In this document: in pieces, positions 55,701 through 64,000 of the stretch
Position numbering within the stretch: the stretch's first letter is position 1
How the letters are laid out: every line of letters begins with the position of its first letter
NCBI RefSeq assembly: GCF_016743235.1
Contig: NZ_VRZD01000005.1
Coordinates: forward strand, 175,622 to 239,621
Source: Pantanalinema sp. GBBB05
GTDB lineage: Bacteria > Cyanobacteriota > Cyanobacteriia > Leptolyngbyales > Leptolyngbyaceae
DNA length: 64,000 nt
Direction: 5' to 3'
The notes under the pieces: generated by a model
Told to the model about the DNA's origin: nothing
The model's database searches: none
Seen by the model: only the letters and a program-made list of their open reading frames with translations
Translations under genes and position numbers: made by a program

Positions 55701-57332
55701 ACAGTCGATCAGGATCTTACCTTCACTACTACTCAAGCCCTTGGTTTTTACAGTTTGCTCTACTTAGCGCAAGCACTAGGGCAACAGTCGCTTGCTCATC
55801 CGCTTCATATCAATGTGATTTCTAGCCACAGCCAAGAGATTACTGGTGAAGAAATTTGCCCCGAAAAAGCCACAGTCTTAGGAGCTTGCAAAGTTATTCC
55901 TCAGGAATATGCAACGCTCTCTTGCAGTTTAATTGATGTCGTTATTCCTGACACAGAGCTATCTACTAATGAGACACTGGTTGAGCAACTTATTCACGAA
56001 ATGCTAATCCAGTCTACTCAACCCTCTGATCCAGTGATTGCCTATCGAGGTCGTTATCGTTGGTTGCCGATTTATGAACCCATGCGTCTGGAAGCAGTAC
56101 ATCAGCCCGATCCCTTACGATCGCAGGGCGTATATTTGATTACGGGTGGTTTAGGAGGAATTGGACTCACCATTGCTGAGTATTTGGCAAACACAGTACA
56201 AGCCAAACTTGTTCTAGTGAGCCGTTCAGCGTTGCCACCTCGAAGTGAGTGGGAAGCATGGTTAGCCACTCATCCAGAGTCAGATGCCACCACAGTAAAG
56301 CTGCAAACAATTCAAGGGTTAGAAGCACTCGGTTCAGAGGTATTAATTCTGAAGGCTGATGTGGCAGATCAGCAACAAATGCAAACGGCGATCGAGCAAA
56401 CTCAGCAAAGCTTTGGGCAACTTCATGGCATCTTTCATACGGCTGGTGTACCAGGAAATGGGATTATTCAGCTTAAAACACCTGCAATGGTAGAAGCTGT
56501 TATGGCAGCTAAAGTCCAGGGTACGCTGGTTCTGCATCACGTTTGTCAGAATCTCCCGCTGGATTTTCTGGTACTATTCTCCTCTCATAGCGCGATTTTG
56601 GGTGGTATGGGGCAGGTAGACTACTGTGCCGCCAATAATTTTCTTGATGCATTGGCTGGCTCGCAAATGGCTCAACAACATTACCGGACGATTGCCATCA
56701 ACTGGGATATCTGGCAAGAGATTGGCATGGGTGCAGATCTGACTCAATTACCCGATCGCTTACGACAGGAGCGGTTAGAGAGCCTCAAAACTGGCATTTC
56801 ACCTCAGGAAGGCGTAGAAGCACTGCACCGAATTTTGCATAGTGGATGCAATCAAGTTGTTGTTTCCACCAGAGATTGGCAAGGTGTGCTGCAGCAAGCC
56901 CAGCAACGAACGACCGTCGCAGTAGAGCAAAACTCAATCAATTCACCATCCCTACCATCCAGTTCAACGGAACATTCGCGATCGCTCCAATCCACAACCT
57001 ATATCGCGCCTAGCAATGAGATTGAGCAACGAATAGCGGCGCTCTGGCAAGAACAACTGGGGATTGCCGCTATAGGTGTCCATGACAACTTCTTTGAACT
57101 AGGAGGACACTCGTTGCTAGCGGTGCGGATCATATCGCGATTACGAGAACTATATCCAGTTGAGCTATCACTCCGGGTGTTGCTGTCTGAAGCTCCTACA
57201 GTGGCAGGTTTAGCCCAAGTAATTGCCAAGCAACTTTCCCAACTAGATGATATCGATGAACTCGCGAGAATTCTCGCAGAGATTGAACAGTTGTCTCCAG
57301 AGGCAGTGCAAGCCCAATTAGCTCAAAATTGA
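52713..57332 (+). CDS. Type I PKS module: KS - AT (malonyl-type) - KR - ACP
   Basis: KS GTACSSSLVAVHLA, ETHGTGTALGDPIE, NVGHLDAAAG. AT GHSIGEYVAACLAG with the HAFH specificity motif. KR Rossmann ITGGLGGIGL with catalytic S/Y/N region (SSHSAILGGMGQVDYCAANNF). ACP FFELGGHSLLAVRI. No DH, ER or MT motifs were seen. Confidence 0.9.
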   Translation: MSTNQTGLEIAIVGLAGRFPGGASIDDFWHNLKTGVELVTPFAAQQSVAEEDAKDCHRSQPIVRAGAVLQNVDQFDAAFFGFNPGEAAALDPQHRLFLECAWEALETAGYSSETPDRPIGVFAGVGMGTYLLYNLSPNPGLIESRGFLPTVVGVDKDYLPTRVSYKLNLTGPSVSVGTACSSSLVAVHLACQSLLSGECDLALAAGVAVKVPQDGHTLSPDEIVSPDGHCRAFDANANGTVGGNGIGVVVLKRLEDAIADRDHIYAVIKGSAINNDGAMKVSYTAPSQEGQAKVIRAAHLMADVEPETITYLETHGTGTALGDPIEVAAMTQAFRMATDRTGFCAIGSVKTNVGHLDAAAGITGLIKTVLALYYRQIPPSINFETPNTQIDFANSPFYVNAQLRDWHTQGMPRRAGVSSFGFGGTNVHLVLEEAPVGVAEDTIPPQQRPYQLLTLSAKTPTALAQATVNLHDRLQQSPELDLADVAYTLQVGRWELPYRRIVVAQTLDDAVQRLAGAQSLPVDTAHPHSIDPPVIFMFPGQGSQAVNMARQLYEHEPTFRAECDRCFALLQTKHNLDLRAVLYPDRADDSQPLTQTAIAQPALFVVEYALAKLWMAWGVQPRSLIGHSIGEYVAACLAGVFTLEDALSLVTVRAQLMQQQPPGAMLAVHLSADAVQPFLSDSLSLAANNSPNLCVISGATAAIAQLEDQLTAQGIDCRRLHTSHAFHSPMMAAVIEPLVQYLHDIRLHPPQIPIISNLTGKWLTIEEATDPHYWAQHLRQTVQFAPGIAELLLQADAIFLEVGPGRTLATLAKHQASDRVILTSLSHHQEAVEDGQSLLHTLGRLWLSGVPIHWANFYTHQSRHRVPLPTYPFERQRYWIDPPQSSPITTTTLSKRPDIADWFYSPSWKRSALPPIAVSDSTRCWVVFVDRSGLATALIQRLQHQGDRAIQVQAGEEFSQSHPDGYTINPSDRSHYDALIQAILASEPTPILAHLWTVDQDLTFTTTQALGFYSLLYLAQALGQQSLAHPLHINVISSHSQEITGEEICPEKATVLGACKVIPQEYATLSCSLIDVVIPDTELSTNETLVEQLIHEMLIQSTQPSDPVIAYRGRYRWLPIYEPMRLEAVHQPDPLRSQGVYLITGGLGGIGLTIAEYLANTVQAKLVLVSRSALPPRSEWEAWLATHPESDATTVKLQTIQGLEALGSEVLILKADVADQQQMQTAIEQTQQSFGQLHGIFHTAGVPGNGIIQLKTPAMVEAVMAAKVQGTLVLHHVCQNLPLDFLVLFSSHSAILGGMGQVDYCAANNFLDALAGSQMAQQHYRTIAINWDIWQEIGMGADLTQLPDRLRQERLESLKTGISPQEGVEALHRILHSGCNQVVVSTRDWQGVLQQAQQRTTVAVEQNSINSPSLPSSSTEHSRSLQSTTYIAPSNEIEQRIAALWQEQLGIAAIGVHDNFFELGGHSLLAVRIISRLRELYPVELSLRVLLSEAPTVAGLAQVIAKQLSQLDDIDELARILAEIEQLSPEAVQAQLAQN

Positions 57333-57404
57333 AGACCGCGTTCTACATCTCGTTTTGCCATTATCTCCCCATTTTTCCACAATCAGCAATCGGAGACTCA
57401 CTGA

Positions 57405-58475
57405 ATGAAATTCAGTCTATTCTATTTTTCTGGTGATGGTTCTACAACTGATCACAACAAGTACCGCCTATTAATCGAAGGGGCTAAGTTTGCCGATCGT
57501 CACGGGTTTGCCGGAGTTTGGATTCCTGAACGACATTTTGACGCTTTTGGCGGACTTTATCCCAATCCTGCTGTGGCTGGAGCCGCGATCGCGATGCTCA
57601 CGGAGCATATCCAAATCCGTTCTGGCAGTGTGGTGATGCCTCTACAACATCCATTGCGAGTGGCTGAAGAATGGGCAATGGTGGATAACCTATCGCAAGG
57701 TCGGGTCAGTCTTTCGTTTGCTCCAGGCTGGCATCCTCATGACTTTGTTCTGTATCCCGAAAATTACGCCAACAAAAAAGATATTATGTGGCGCGATATC
57801 CAAGTGGTGCAGCGACTCTGGCAGGGTGAGGCGATCGAGCTGACGGGAGGAAATGGCAAATTAGCCCAGATTCGGACGTTTCCGAGACCCTTGCAAACCC
57901 GCCTCCCCATTTGGATTACCGCTCTCTCAGACGATACCTTTGTGGAAGCAGGCAGAATTGGCGCACATATCCTGACGTCACCGCTGTATCAAAGTGTGGA
58001 TGAGATTTTTCGAAAAATCACCTTATATCGTCGATCGCGGGCACAGCATGGTCATGATCCCCAAAGCGGTCAGGTGGCATTGATGATTCATACCTTCCTG
58101 GGCAGTGATATCCAGGTTGTGAAAGCCCAGGTCAAATCACCCTTCAAAAATTATCTGAAAACTCATTTTGATTTAGTCGTCAAATCAGCAGGGGATCTAC
58201 GATTTTCGATCGATCCTCATACGCTCACACCTCAAGACCTGGATGATTTATTAGAGTTCAGTTTTGAGACTTACTTCAATGGCAAAGTACTGATGGGCAC
58301 TCCCGATCATTGCCAAACACTGATCAGCTATTTTCAACAAGCTGGAGTGAATGAAATTGCCGCTTTGATTGACTTTGGGATTGAATTCGATGATGTGATG
58401 GCAAGTTTAAATTTGCTGAAAGACATGAATCGCGATTCCCATCAAACTCGATCTTTACAAGCTTCCTGTTCTTGA
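57405..58475 (+). CDS. Luciferase-like monooxygenase (LLM) family flavin-dependent oxidoreductase
   Basis: Typical LLM N-terminus MKFSLFYFSGDG...RLLIEGAKFADRHGFAGVWIPERHF. Confidence 0.8.
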   Translation: MKFSLFYFSGDGSTTDHNKYRLLIEGAKFADRHGFAGVWIPERHFDAFGGLYPNPAVAGAAIAMLTEHIQIRSGSVVMPLQHPLRVAEEWAMVDNLSQGRVSLSFAPGWHPHDFVLYPENYANKKDIMWRDIQVVQRLWQGEAIELTGGNGKLAQIRTFPRPLQTRLPIWITALSDDTFVEAGRIGAHILTSPLYQSVDEIFRKITLYRRSRAQHGHDPQSGQVALMIHTFLGSDIQVVKAQVKSPFKNYLKTHFDLVVKSAGDLRFSIDPHTLTPQDLDDLLEFSFETYFNGKVLMGTPDHCQTLISYFQQAGVNEIAALIDFGIEFDDVMASLNLLKDMNRDSHQTRSLQASCS

Positions 58476-58491
58476 TTTCTGAAATTTAGCA

Positions 58492-61400
58492 ATGCACAAC
58501 CTATCTGAACGAATTGCCGCTCTGACCCCGGAGCAACAAGCCTTATTGCAACAGCGAGTTACCCAAAAGGCATCGCCAGTATCCCATACCTGGGTCATTC
58601 CAAAACGTCCAGCTACATCCACTCATCTACCAGTCTCATTTGCGCAACAGCGGATGTGGTTTCAAGATCAGTTGGGTCGTAACAGTGCTGTTTCTAACAA
58701 TATTACAATTTCATTGCAAATTTCAGGTGCTCTGCAGGTGAGTGCTTTAGAACAAAGTTTGAAAGCAATTCTGCAACGCCATGAAGTTCTGCGTACCACC
58801 TTGCATGTTGTCGCGGGTGAACTGACACAAGTGATTAATGCGATCGACGACTGGCAACTCGCGATCGTCGATCTACAAACGCTAACCAAAGCTCAACAGG
58901 CGGCTGAGGTTCAGCAATTGGCAACAGAACAGGCGTGTCAGCCCTTCAACTTAGAAACGGATAAATTATTGCGGCTCACCCTACTAAAACTGCATGCCAC
59001 TGAACATACCCTGCTCTTGGTTCTGCATCACAGCGCTGGCGATGCCTGGTCGATCGGAATTTTTTTCCGAGAACTAAGTGCGTTGTATGCCGCATTTGCA
59101 GCGGGTCAACCGTTGCCTTTAGCTCCATTACCTATTCAATACGCTGATTTTACGGTGTGGCAGCGGCAAACGTTACAAGGTGATCTGCTGGCAACGGATC
59201 TGGCGTATTGGCAGCAAAAATTGAACCAGTCACCGGATTTATTACGTCTCCCCAGCGATCACCCTCGTCCGGCGATGCAGTCGTTTACGGGAAAAACCCT
59301 CTCCTTTCTGCTACCCAAACCGCTGACTGAGTCACTCAAGGCATTGTCGCAACAAGCCGAAGCGACATTATTTATGACACTGCTAGCCGCCTTACAAACG
59401 TTACTCTTCCGATATACCAATCAGGACGATATTTTAGTCGGTACACCGATCGCGAATCGACAGCAACCTGAAATTGAACCATTAATTGGATGTTTTATTA
59501 ATACGTTGGTATTGCGCACTCACTTATCAGGCAATCCTAGTTTTCAAACTCTACTACAACAGGTACGCACTACAGTTCTGGAAGCCTTAGCCCATCAAAC
59601 GCTACCGTTTGAAAAATTAGTAGATGAGTTACAGGTCGCTCGGAATTTAACTTACGCGCCGCTATTCCAGGTCATGCTGGTGCTGCAAAATGCCTTTTCA
59701 GTACAAAATATTGAACTACCAGGATTACAGGTAGAGCACGAACGGATTGACAATTACACCGCTCAATTTGATCTCACCTTTCATCTGGTTGAGTCAAATC
59801 ACGGCTTAATTGGCAAGCTGGAATACAATACTGATTTATTTGATCAATCGACGATCGAGCGGTTGATCGGACATTTCCAGACTTTATTAACTAGCATCGT
59901 CGCTCATCCTGATCAACGTCTGGCTGAACTAGCGCTTTTAACGCCAGCAGAACAACTTCAGTTATCCAGCTGGCAGCAAATTACGACCCATGACTCCGCC
60001 CCAAGCTGTATTCATCACCTATTTGAGGCACAAGTTCAGAAAACACCCGCCGCGATTGCTGTGGTGCAGGGAGATCAGCAAATTACCTATCAAGAACTCG
60101 ATCGCTGTGCCAATCAATTAGCTCACTACCTCCAGAGAATTGGCGTTCAGCCAGAGTCGTTAGTGGGTCTCTGTGTCGATCGCTCCATTGCCATGATCAT
60201 TGGACTATTGGGCATTCTGAAAGCGGGCGGGGCATATGTCCCTCTTGATCCGAGCTATCCCACCCAGCGTCTGGAGTTAATTCTGACCGATGCTCAGGTG
60301 TCTGTCCTGTTAACTCAGCAATCCCTTGCGGCTCAACTACCTGAACTGACTACCCCAACGGTTTGTCTTGATACCGATTGGTCACAGATTGCCCTGGAAC
60401 GGTCTGAGTCCGTTGCATCTCCAGTTCATCCCCATCACCTGGCATACATTATTTATACCTCTGGTTCCACTGGCAAACCGAAGGGGGTAATGATCGAACA
60501 CCAGTCGCTCGTCAACTTGACTGAAGCGGCTCTGGCTGAATACGGTGTGTGTGTTAGCGATCGAGTTTTACAATTTGCCTCAATTAGTTTTGATGCCGCA
60601 GCGGAAGAAATCTTTCCCTGTTTAGCACAAGGGGCAACGCTGGTATTGCGAACTGATCCAATGCTCAGTTCAATGGCAATGTTTTTACAAGCGTGTGCTG
60701 ACTGGCAACTAACAGTTCTAGATTTACCAACCGCCTTTTGGCATCAACTCGTAACTGAAATGGTAACCCAGAATTTAGAGTTACCCAATTCTGTGCGGTT
60801 AGTGATTCTGGGTGGTGAAAAGGCTTTGTTCGATCGCTTACTCCTCTGGCAACAACGGGTAGATGCCTCTGTGCGCTTGGTGAATAGTTATGGTCCGACT
60901 GAAGCAACGATCGTCACAACTACGATGGATTTATCGCAACTGCCACCCACGGTATGGACTGAACAATTCGTTCCCATTGGTAAACCCATTCAAAATGCCA
61001 GTATTTATGTGCTGGATGCCAATTTACAACCTGTGCCGATTGGCATTCCAGGCGAACTCTATATTGGTGGTGCTGGGGTTGCCCGAGGATACCTGAACCG
61101 CCCCGACCTCACAGCAATGACATTTATTCCCAATCCGTTTCATCCCCAAACCGGAGCACGACTCTATAAAACCGGCGATCGCGGGCGCTATCGAGCCGAT
61201 GGTAGCCTGGAATTTCTGGGACGGATCGATGATCAGGTGAAAATCCGTGGCTTTCGGATTGAATTGGGCGAAATTGAGGCACTGCTAGCTCAACATCTTG
61301 CTATACAGGAATGTGTGGTGATCGCTCACGAAGAGGTGACTGGCGATCAGCGCCTGATTGCCTATGTTGTGCCTACTCCCGGCGACAAACTGACTCAACC

Positions 61401-63189
61401 ACAACTGCGGCAGTTCCTCGAACCGCGACTACCAAAATATATGCTGCCAACGGCATTTGTCATCCTGCCAGCCCTGCCACTTAATGCTAATGGTAAGGTC
61501 GATCGCCAGCGATTACCGGCTCCAGAGTTAACCCGATCGGAGGTTACAGCCCCTTTCATTGCACCCAGAACGCCTACAGAAGCAGAGGTTGCCCAAACGT
61601 TTGCTGAGGTTTTAAATCTGGAGTCCGTAGGGATAGAAGATGATTTCTTTGAGTTAGGCGGGCATTCCTTACTCGCAACCAAGTTATTAGCCCGGTTGCT
61701 TGCCGTGTTTCCAGTCACACTCTCGATCGTGGATCTGTTTCAATTACCCACAGTAGCTGGTTTAGCAACTCGAATCGACCAACAGCTTCTGCAAGCGTCA
61801 TTCGCCATTGAGAAAACGGTCATTCACTCGTCTTTGCGGCGTATGGCTAGAACACCAGCGACACCAATTCCTCTCTCGTTTTCGCAGCAATACATTTGGC
61901 GGATCCATGAAGCGAGTCAAACAGGAACAACACTGAATAGCTCGATCGTGGTGCGGATTACGCGATCGCTAACTCCAACAGTCATGGAACAAAGCTGGAA
62001 TGAGTTAGTACGTCGTCACGAAATTTTGCGTACCGTCTTCAAGCTAGTCGATGGGCAACCAATGCAATTTGTTTTACCAACGTTGCACCTGCCCCTGATT
62101 TATGCCGATCTGCAATCCTACCCCCTGGCAGAACGTGAATCCATCGCCTTTAACCAGGCGATCGCACTCGCCCAACGCCCCTTTGATCTGACCACGGCTC
62201 CATTGCTACGCCCAGCATTGTGGCAACTCTCGTCTCAAGAATATTGGTTATTGATTACCATGCATCACCTCATCACTGATGGTTGGTCATTTGGTCTGTT
62301 ATTACAGGAGTTAGATACTCTCATCCAAGCCTTTTCTCAAGAGCAACCTTCTCCCCTCCCCGAGGTAGCTCTGCAATACGCAGACTTTGCGATGTGGCAG
62401 CAGCAGGAATATGACGCCGCAACGATCGCCCAGCAACTTCACTATTGGCAACACAAGCTCACCAGTGAATCCCAACAATCCGCCACCTCCTTTCTGGCTC
62501 AACCTGTGTCTAGTCAGCAAGCTGCCCATTATTTCACCCAACTATCAGACAACCTTGCCAGTCGGGTCGAGTTCTTGAGTCGGACATTAGGAGTCACCAG
62601 TTTTGCAGTTTTACTAGCTGCCCTCAAACTGGCGCTGGCAGCATGGAGTGGACAGCAAGACATCTGGATTGTCACCACAGTCGGTAATCGGACAATCCCT
62701 GGCACAGAACATATGCTGGGCTGTTTCATTAATGATGTGATTTTGCGATCGCACTTACTACCCGAACAGACCGCAACTACATTGATCCAACGCTTACAGG
62801 GCGACATCCAGGAGGCAATTGACCATAAGGATGTCCCTTTAGATCAGGTGATTCAGCACACCCAAGATTTATGCCCCTACAAGCTGATGGCAAGCATTAC
62901 CATTACATCATCGACTCAAAACATAGCCCAAACACCTGGTTGGGAAGTGGTTGAGGTGCAGACCAAACAGCAGCAGTTACATGACATGACATCCGAGTTA
63001 TTTACTAATGATATCCCACTCGAAATTTATGTTGAAGTATCGACCTCGATCGGAGTGATTGTGAATTACAGCACCCAACTGTTGACCACAGAAATGGTCG
63101 ATCGGTTATTTACACTCTACCAGAACATCCTCACCGCTCTCTTGGCTCGCCCTGCAAGTCAGTTGAATGAACTCTTGCACCTGACATGA
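58492..63189 (+). CDS. NRPS module: C - A - PCP - terminal C domain (no TE)
   Basis: C1 HHSAGDAWS, A domain LAYIIYTSGSTGKPKGV / FDAAAEE / NSYGPTEATIVTT / YKTGDRGRY / GRIDDQVKIRGFRIELGEIE, PCP FFELGGHSLLATKL, second condensation-type domain HHLITDGWS. The ORF ends without a GxSxG thioesterase. Confidence 0.9.
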   Translation: MHNLSERIAALTPEQQALLQQRVTQKASPVSHTWVIPKRPATSTHLPVSFAQQRMWFQDQLGRNSAVSNNITISLQISGALQVSALEQSLKAILQRHEVLRTTLHVVAGELTQVINAIDDWQLAIVDLQTLTKAQQAAEVQQLATEQACQPFNLETDKLLRLTLLKLHATEHTLLLVLHHSAGDAWSIGIFFRELSALYAAFAAGQPLPLAPLPIQYADFTVWQRQTLQGDLLATDLAYWQQKLNQSPDLLRLPSDHPRPAMQSFTGKTLSFLLPKPLTESLKALSQQAEATLFMTLLAALQTLLFRYTNQDDILVGTPIANRQQPEIEPLIGCFINTLVLRTHLSGNPSFQTLLQQVRTTVLEALAHQTLPFEKLVDELQVARNLTYAPLFQVMLVLQNAFSVQNIELPGLQVEHERIDNYTAQFDLTFHLVESNHGLIGKLEYNTDLFDQSTIERLIGHFQTLLTSIVAHPDQRLAELALLTPAEQLQLSSWQQITTHDSAPSCIHHLFEAQVQKTPAAIAVVQGDQQITYQELDRCANQLAHYLQRIGVQPESLVGLCVDRSIAMIIGLLGILKAGGAYVPLDPSYPTQRLELILTDAQVSVLLTQQSLAAQLPELTTPTVCLDTDWSQIALERSESVASPVHPHHLAYIIYTSGSTGKPKGVMIEHQSLVNLTEAALAEYGVCVSDRVLQFASISFDAAAEEIFPCLAQGATLVLRTDPMLSSMAMFLQACADWQLTVLDLPTAFWHQLVTEMVTQNLELPNSVRLVILGGEKALFDRLLLWQQRVDASVRLVNSYGPTEATIVTTTMDLSQLPPTVWTEQFVPIGKPIQNASIYVLDANLQPVPIGIPGELYIGGAGVARGYLNRPDLTAMTFIPNPFHPQTGARLYKTGDRGRYRADGSLEFLGRIDDQVKIRGFRIELGEIEALLAQHLAIQECVVIAHEEVTGDQRLIAYVVPTPGDKLTQPQLRQFLEPRLPKYMLPTAFVILPALPLNANGKVDRQRLPAPELTRSEVTAPFIAPRTPTEAEVAQTFAEVLNLESVGIEDDFFELGGHSLLATKLLARLLAVFPVTLSIVDLFQLPTVAGLATRIDQQLLQASFAIEKTVIHSSLRRMARTPATPIPLSFSQQYIWRIHEASQTGTTLNSSIVVRITRSLTPTVMEQSWNELVRRHEILRTVFKLVDGQPMQFVLPTLHLPLIYADLQSYPLAERESIAFNQAIALAQRPFDLTTAPLLRPALWQLSSQEYWLLITMHHLITDGWSFGLLLQELDTLIQAFSQEQPSPLPEVALQYADFAMWQQQEYDAATIAQQLHYWQHKLTSESQQSATSFLAQPVSSQQAAHYFTQLSDNLASRVEFLSRTLGVTSFAVLLAALKLALAAWSGQQDIWIVTTVGNRTIPGTEHMLGCFINDVILRSHLLPEQTATTLIQRLQGDIQEAIDHKDVPLDQVIQHTQDLCPYKLMASITITSSTQNIAQTPGWEVVEVQTKQQQLHDMTSELFTNDIPLEIYVEVSTSIGVIVNYSTQLLTTEMVDRLFTLYQNILTALLARPASQLNELLHLT

Positions 63190-63273
63190 ACATCCTTGTT
63201 CTGTGAGGTTATAGACTAGGTCCAACCACCTTCGTTGTTAATCGTTGTCTGAGGAGAACTGGTTTGGAGCTGT

Positions 63274-63762
63274 ATGGGATTCCGATTTAGAGACTACACG
63301 ACTTGTCTATCTGAGTTTGAGTCAACCATCTGGGTGCTGTGCCCCCGTTGTCAGCATCCCGTGCTCTCTCGTTGTCTGGATGAACGGCTGACTTGGCGCA
63401 TTGCCTGCCCTCACTGTAGCTATACCCGGACAGCCTCCCGAGCCGCTAAACGACAACAACCGATGCCGTGGTGGAAAGGAACCTGGTGGACAGCATATCG
63501 CCAATCGGGTGGTGCGATCGACCCGCTATTCGGACTGCCCCTGTGGTTACAAGTCCCCTGCTGTGGACAAGTCTTATGGGTCTATAACGCAGCCCATCTG
63601 GACTTTCTGGAAACGTATGTTAGTGCCATGATTCGGGAACGCCAGGGCAGTAAAGGTAATCATCATGGGATTGCTGTTCGCTTACCCCGCTGGATGAAGC
63701 TAGCCCACCATCGTACCGCGATTCTTAAGGGTATCCAACAGTTACGGGAGCGATTGCATTAG
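63274..63762 (+). CDS. Hypothetical Cys-rich (zinc-ribbon-like) protein
   Basis: CPRCQHP...CPHCSY and CCGQ motifs; 162 aa; immediately downstream of the NRPS. Confidence 0.4.
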   Translation: MGFRFRDYTTCLSEFESTIWVLCPRCQHPVLSRCLDERLTWRIACPHCSYTRTASRAAKRQQPMPWWKGTWWTAYRQSGGAIDPLFGLPLWLQVPCCGQVLWVYNAAHLDFLETYVSAMIRERQGSKGNHHGIAVRLPRWMKLAHHRTAILKGIQQLRERLH

Positions 63763-64000
63763 AGGTCAGGCAAAGCTGGCGGGTGAACGTTAGGGCGCTT
63801 GGAGCAAGAGTTGGCGACCCTGGCGGGTAGAGAGACAAACGGCTAGAGAGTATGCCAAGGTGCAGAAGATATTAGACTTGTCCGGGAATTTACAGCCCAT
63901 GCTGTGTCCCGCTTTGAGCATGATTGCACTCAAAGGAAACTCAACGACAGAATGCGGCTTGGGAATAGTTTCTGTTAGTTTAGTCCCAAACCATAGCGTT

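Noticed and set aside
53204-57229. Several 60-137-aa antisense ORFs inside the PKS gene (and similar ones inside the NRPS genes and the TonB receptor gene)
   Set aside because: They are fully embedded antisense in large, motif-rich CDSs; typical high-GC shadow ORFs.
58492-63189. Thioesterase domain at the C-terminus of the last NRPS
   Set aside because: The region after the PCP contains HHLITDGWS (condensation-type) and no GxSxG/Asp/His alpha/beta-hydrolase motif set.
63274-63762. MbtH-like protein at the end of the NRPS cluster
   Set aside because: The 162-aa Cys-rich protein lacks the MbtH signature (NxExQxSxWP...LPxGW); it is kept as a hypothetical zinc-ribbon protein.

Overview
The window looks cyanobacterial, with the HIP1 octamer GCGATCGC recurring throughout, and carries about 60 genes. 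Positions 1-16.3 kb hold chromosomal genes: a 4-gene carbohydrate-type ABC importer, an SLH/OprB-type porin co-oriented with an arylsulfatase, an AraC regulator, a DUF1211/TMEM175-like channel, a Mn-catalase, and a split FIST-sensor/histidine-kinase pair. Positions 16.3-31.4 kb are an accessory, partly lower-GC stretch: small ORFs, a 10-copy 21-bp tandem repeat that encodes a heptapeptide repeat, a CobB-type sirtuin, a HEAT-repeat protein, a membrane-anchored GUN4-domain protein, an IS630-family element with a split transposase, 2OG/PhyH-type oxygenases and a decayed VapBC-like pair. Positions 31.4-36.3 kb encode a flotillin, a hybrid sensor kinase and two tandem crcB genes. The most notable content is at 36.5-63.8 kb: a TonB-dependent receptor, an MFS transporter and an AraC regulator (uptake/regulation), followed by a hybrid NRPS-PKS cluster. 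That cluster comprises a free ACP, a benzoate-CoA-ligase-family aryl ligase, a chorismate-utilising enzyme that is probably a salicylate synthase, a second MFS, a KAS III-like enzyme fused to a carrier domain, a Cy-A(Cys)-PCP NRPS, a KS-AT-KR-ACP PKS, a luciferase-like monooxygenase, and a C-A-PCP-C NRPS with no thioesterase. It resembles yersiniabactin/pyochelin-type aryl-thiazoline siderophore logic but uses a non-canonical starter-loading and release architecture. No rRNA, tRNA or CRISPR arrays were recognised.
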